DNA of 64,000 nucleotides from Escherichia coli (GTDB lineage Bacteria; Pseudomonadota; Gammaproteobacteria; Enterobacterales; Enterobacteriaceae): NCBI RefSeq assembly GCF_017348835.2, contig NZ_CP071375.1; one strand, 5' to 3'. Shown piece by piece: positions 62,096 to 64,000 of this stretch (position 1 is its first letter; each line of letters starts with the position of its first letter). The notes under the pieces were generated by a model. It saw only the letters and a program-made list of their open reading frames with translations, ran no database searches and was not told where the DNA came from. The position numbers and the translations under genes were made by a program.

Positions 62096-63097
62096 ATGAT
62101 TGATACCACCCTGCCATTAACTGATATCCATCGCCACCTTGATGGCAACATTCGTCCCCAGACCATTCTTGAACTTGGCCGCCAGTATAATATCTCGCTT
62201 CCTGCACAATCCCTGGAAACACTGATTCCCCACGTTCAGGTCATTGCCAACGAACCCGATCTGGTGAGCTTTCTGACCAAACTTGACTGGGGTGTTAAAG
62301 TTCTCGCCTCTCTTGATGCCTGCCGCCGCGTAGCATTTGAAAACATTGAAGATGCAGCCCGTAACGGCCTGCACTATGTCGAGCTGCGTTTCTCACCAGG
62401 CTACATGGCAATGGCACATAAGCTGCCTGTAGCGGGTGTTGTCGAAGCGGTGATCGATGGCGTACGTGAAGGTTGCCGCACCTTTGGTGTGCAGGCGAAG
62501 CTTATCGGCATTATGAGCCGAACCTTCGGCGAAGCCGCCTGTCAGCAAGAGCTGGAGGCCTTTTTAGCCCACCGTGACCAGATTACCGCACTTGATTTAG
62601 CCGGTGATGAACTTGGTTTCCCGGGAAGTCTGTTCCTTTCTCACTTCAACCTTGCGCGTGATGCAGGCTGGCATATTACCGTCCATGCAGGCGAAGCTGC
62701 CGGGCCGGAAAGCATCTGGCAGGCGATTCGTGAACTGGGTGCGGAGCGTATTGGACATGGCGTAAAAGCCATTGAAGATCGGGCGCTGATGGATTTTCTC
62801 GCCGAGCAACAAATTGGTATTGAATCCTGTCTGACCTCCAATATTCAGACCAGCACCGTAGCAGAGCTGGCTGCACATCCGCTGAAAACGTTCCTTGAGC
62901 ATGGCATTCGTGCCGGCATTAACACTGACGATCCCGGCGTACAGGGAGTGGATATCATTCACGAATATACCGTTGCCGCGCCAGCTGCTGGGTTATCCCG
63001 CGAGCAAATCCGCCAGGCGCAGATTAATGGTCTGGAAATGGCTTTCCTCAGCGCAGAGGAAAAACGCGCGCTGCGAGAAAAAGTCGCTGCGAAGTAA
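62096..63097 (+). CDS. add: Adenosine deaminase
   Basis: Starts [21 protein letters not shown]; 333 aa. Confidence 0.9.
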   Translation: MIDTTLPLTDIHRHLDGNIRPQTILELGRQYNISLPAQSLETLIPHVQVIANEPDLVSFLTKLDWGVKVLASLDACRRVAFENIEDAARNGLHYVELRFSPGYMAMAHKLPVAGVVEAVIDGVREGCRTFGVQAKLIGIMSRTFGEAACQQELEAFLAHRDQITALDLAGDELGFPGSLFLSHFNLARDAGWHITVHAGEAAGPESIWQAIRELGAERIGHGVKAIEDRALMDFLAEQQIGIESCLTSNIQTSTVAELAAHPLKTFLEHGIRAGINTDDPGVQGVDIIHEYTVAAPAAGLSREQIRQAQINGLEMAFLSAEEKRALREKVAAK

Positions 63098-63132
63098 CAA
63101 AAATGGATGGTGCAAATTGCACCATCCATTTT

Positions 63133-64000
63133 TCACGCAAGGCACAAAGTCGCGCGATGTTTGGCGGATTCGATGCCCAGCTCAATCAACTCCATTACCT
63201 GGATTGCCTGGCTTGCCGGAACCGGATTTTCACCATCGCCATTTAACGCATCACGAATCGCCGCATAGTAAGCCGGATAATTCCCAGGCACCGTCAACAG
63301 CGTTTCTTCGACACGTTCCTCACCTTCCACGCGGGTAAGTACGCCATCACGCATATCGTAGCCCCAGTCTTCCTGCGGCAGACGCTCGCCATTTTTCAGA
63401 CGTTCTTCCTGTGGATCGAGGCCATATTTCACATAACTGCCTCGGGATCCATGCACGATATACCGTGCTGACTCAGCGGCTGCCAGCATGGTACCGTGTA
63501 AAATGACTCGCCGCTGTGGATAGGACAAGATGGCGTGGAAATAATCGGTCGACTGCGCTCCGGGCCGTAACTGTGCCAAATCTACCGTCATGCTGACCGG
63601 TAAACCAAATAGCGTAATGGCCTGATCAAGAAGATGTGGTGCTAAATCGTACCAGATACCGCTGCCTGGGCCGCCCTGTTCACGCCAACGATCGCGCACC
63701 TGCGGACGGAAGCGGTCAAAATGAGACTCAAAGTAAGCAACTTCACCCAGCACGCCTTCCGCGAGCAAACCTTTTAGCGTCAAGAAATCGCTATCCCAAC
63801 GACGGTTATGGAATACAGACAGCACACGCCCCAGGCTTTTTGCCAGCGCATCCAGCTCTCGCGCTTGTGACAGTGTCACGGTAAAGGGTTTATCAACGAC
63901 CACATGTTTACCCGCCTCAAGCGCCGCTTTGGCTAACGGGAAATGGGTATCGTTGGGTGTAGGAATGACAATCAGGTCTATGTTGGGATCGTTAAACAGA
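63133..64000 (-). CDS. ydgJ: Gfo/Idh/MocA-family oxidoreductase YdgJ; N-terminal part lies beyond the window end
   Basis: The reading frame continues past 63903 to the window edge. Confidence 0.8.
   Translation of the reverse strand, partial: LFNDPNIDLIVIPTPNDTHFPLAKAALEAGKHVVVDKPFTVTLSQARELDALAKSLGRVLSVFHNRRWDSDFLTLKGLLAEGVLGEVAYFESHFDRFRPQVRDRWREQGGPGSGIWYDLAPHLLDQAITLFGLPVSMTVDLAQLRPGAQSTDYFHAILSYPQRRVILHGTMLAAAESARYIVHGSRGSYVKYGLDPQEERLKNGERLPQEDWGYDMRDGVLTRVEGEERVEETLLTVPGNYPAYYAAIRDALNGDGENPVPASQAIQVMELIELGIESAKHRATLCLA

Overview
The window is an Escherichia coli K-12-like chromosomal segment running from the end of a prophage integrase through rspBA, ynfA-ynfM, asr, ydgD, mdtIJ, pntAB, rstAB, tus, fumCA, manA, uidCBA, malIXY and add to ydgJ. 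Synteny and protein identities are recognised from memory of the K-12 map, not from a database search. The one clearly accessory region is an ~11.5-kb integrative element (about 22585..34085) inserted inside tqsA, splitting it into a 45-codon 5' stub and a 3' remnant. All of its genes lie on the minus strand: a P4-type integrase, AlpA, an operon of six small coupled ORFs, a P-loop replication protein followed by an iteron-type origin, an SSB, a PerC-family regulator, and a partial lambda-type head and packaging module. That module has a gpE-like major capsid protein, a gpD-like decoration protein, a Nu1-like small terminase and two lambda-like cos sites in inverted orientation flanking terS. 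No portal, prohead protease, large terminase or tail genes are present, so it reads as a helper-dependent phage satellite whose gene set matches none of the satellite families I know (P4-like, Gram-negative PICI, cf-PICI). Within it, the gpD-like gene is frameshifted by a triplicated 32-bp tandem repeat, and a ~400-bp non-coding stretch next to attL carries at least seven different perfect palindromes. In the backbone, ynfF and ynfM each show an apparent 1-nt frameshift. No rRNA, tRNA or CRISPR array was found.
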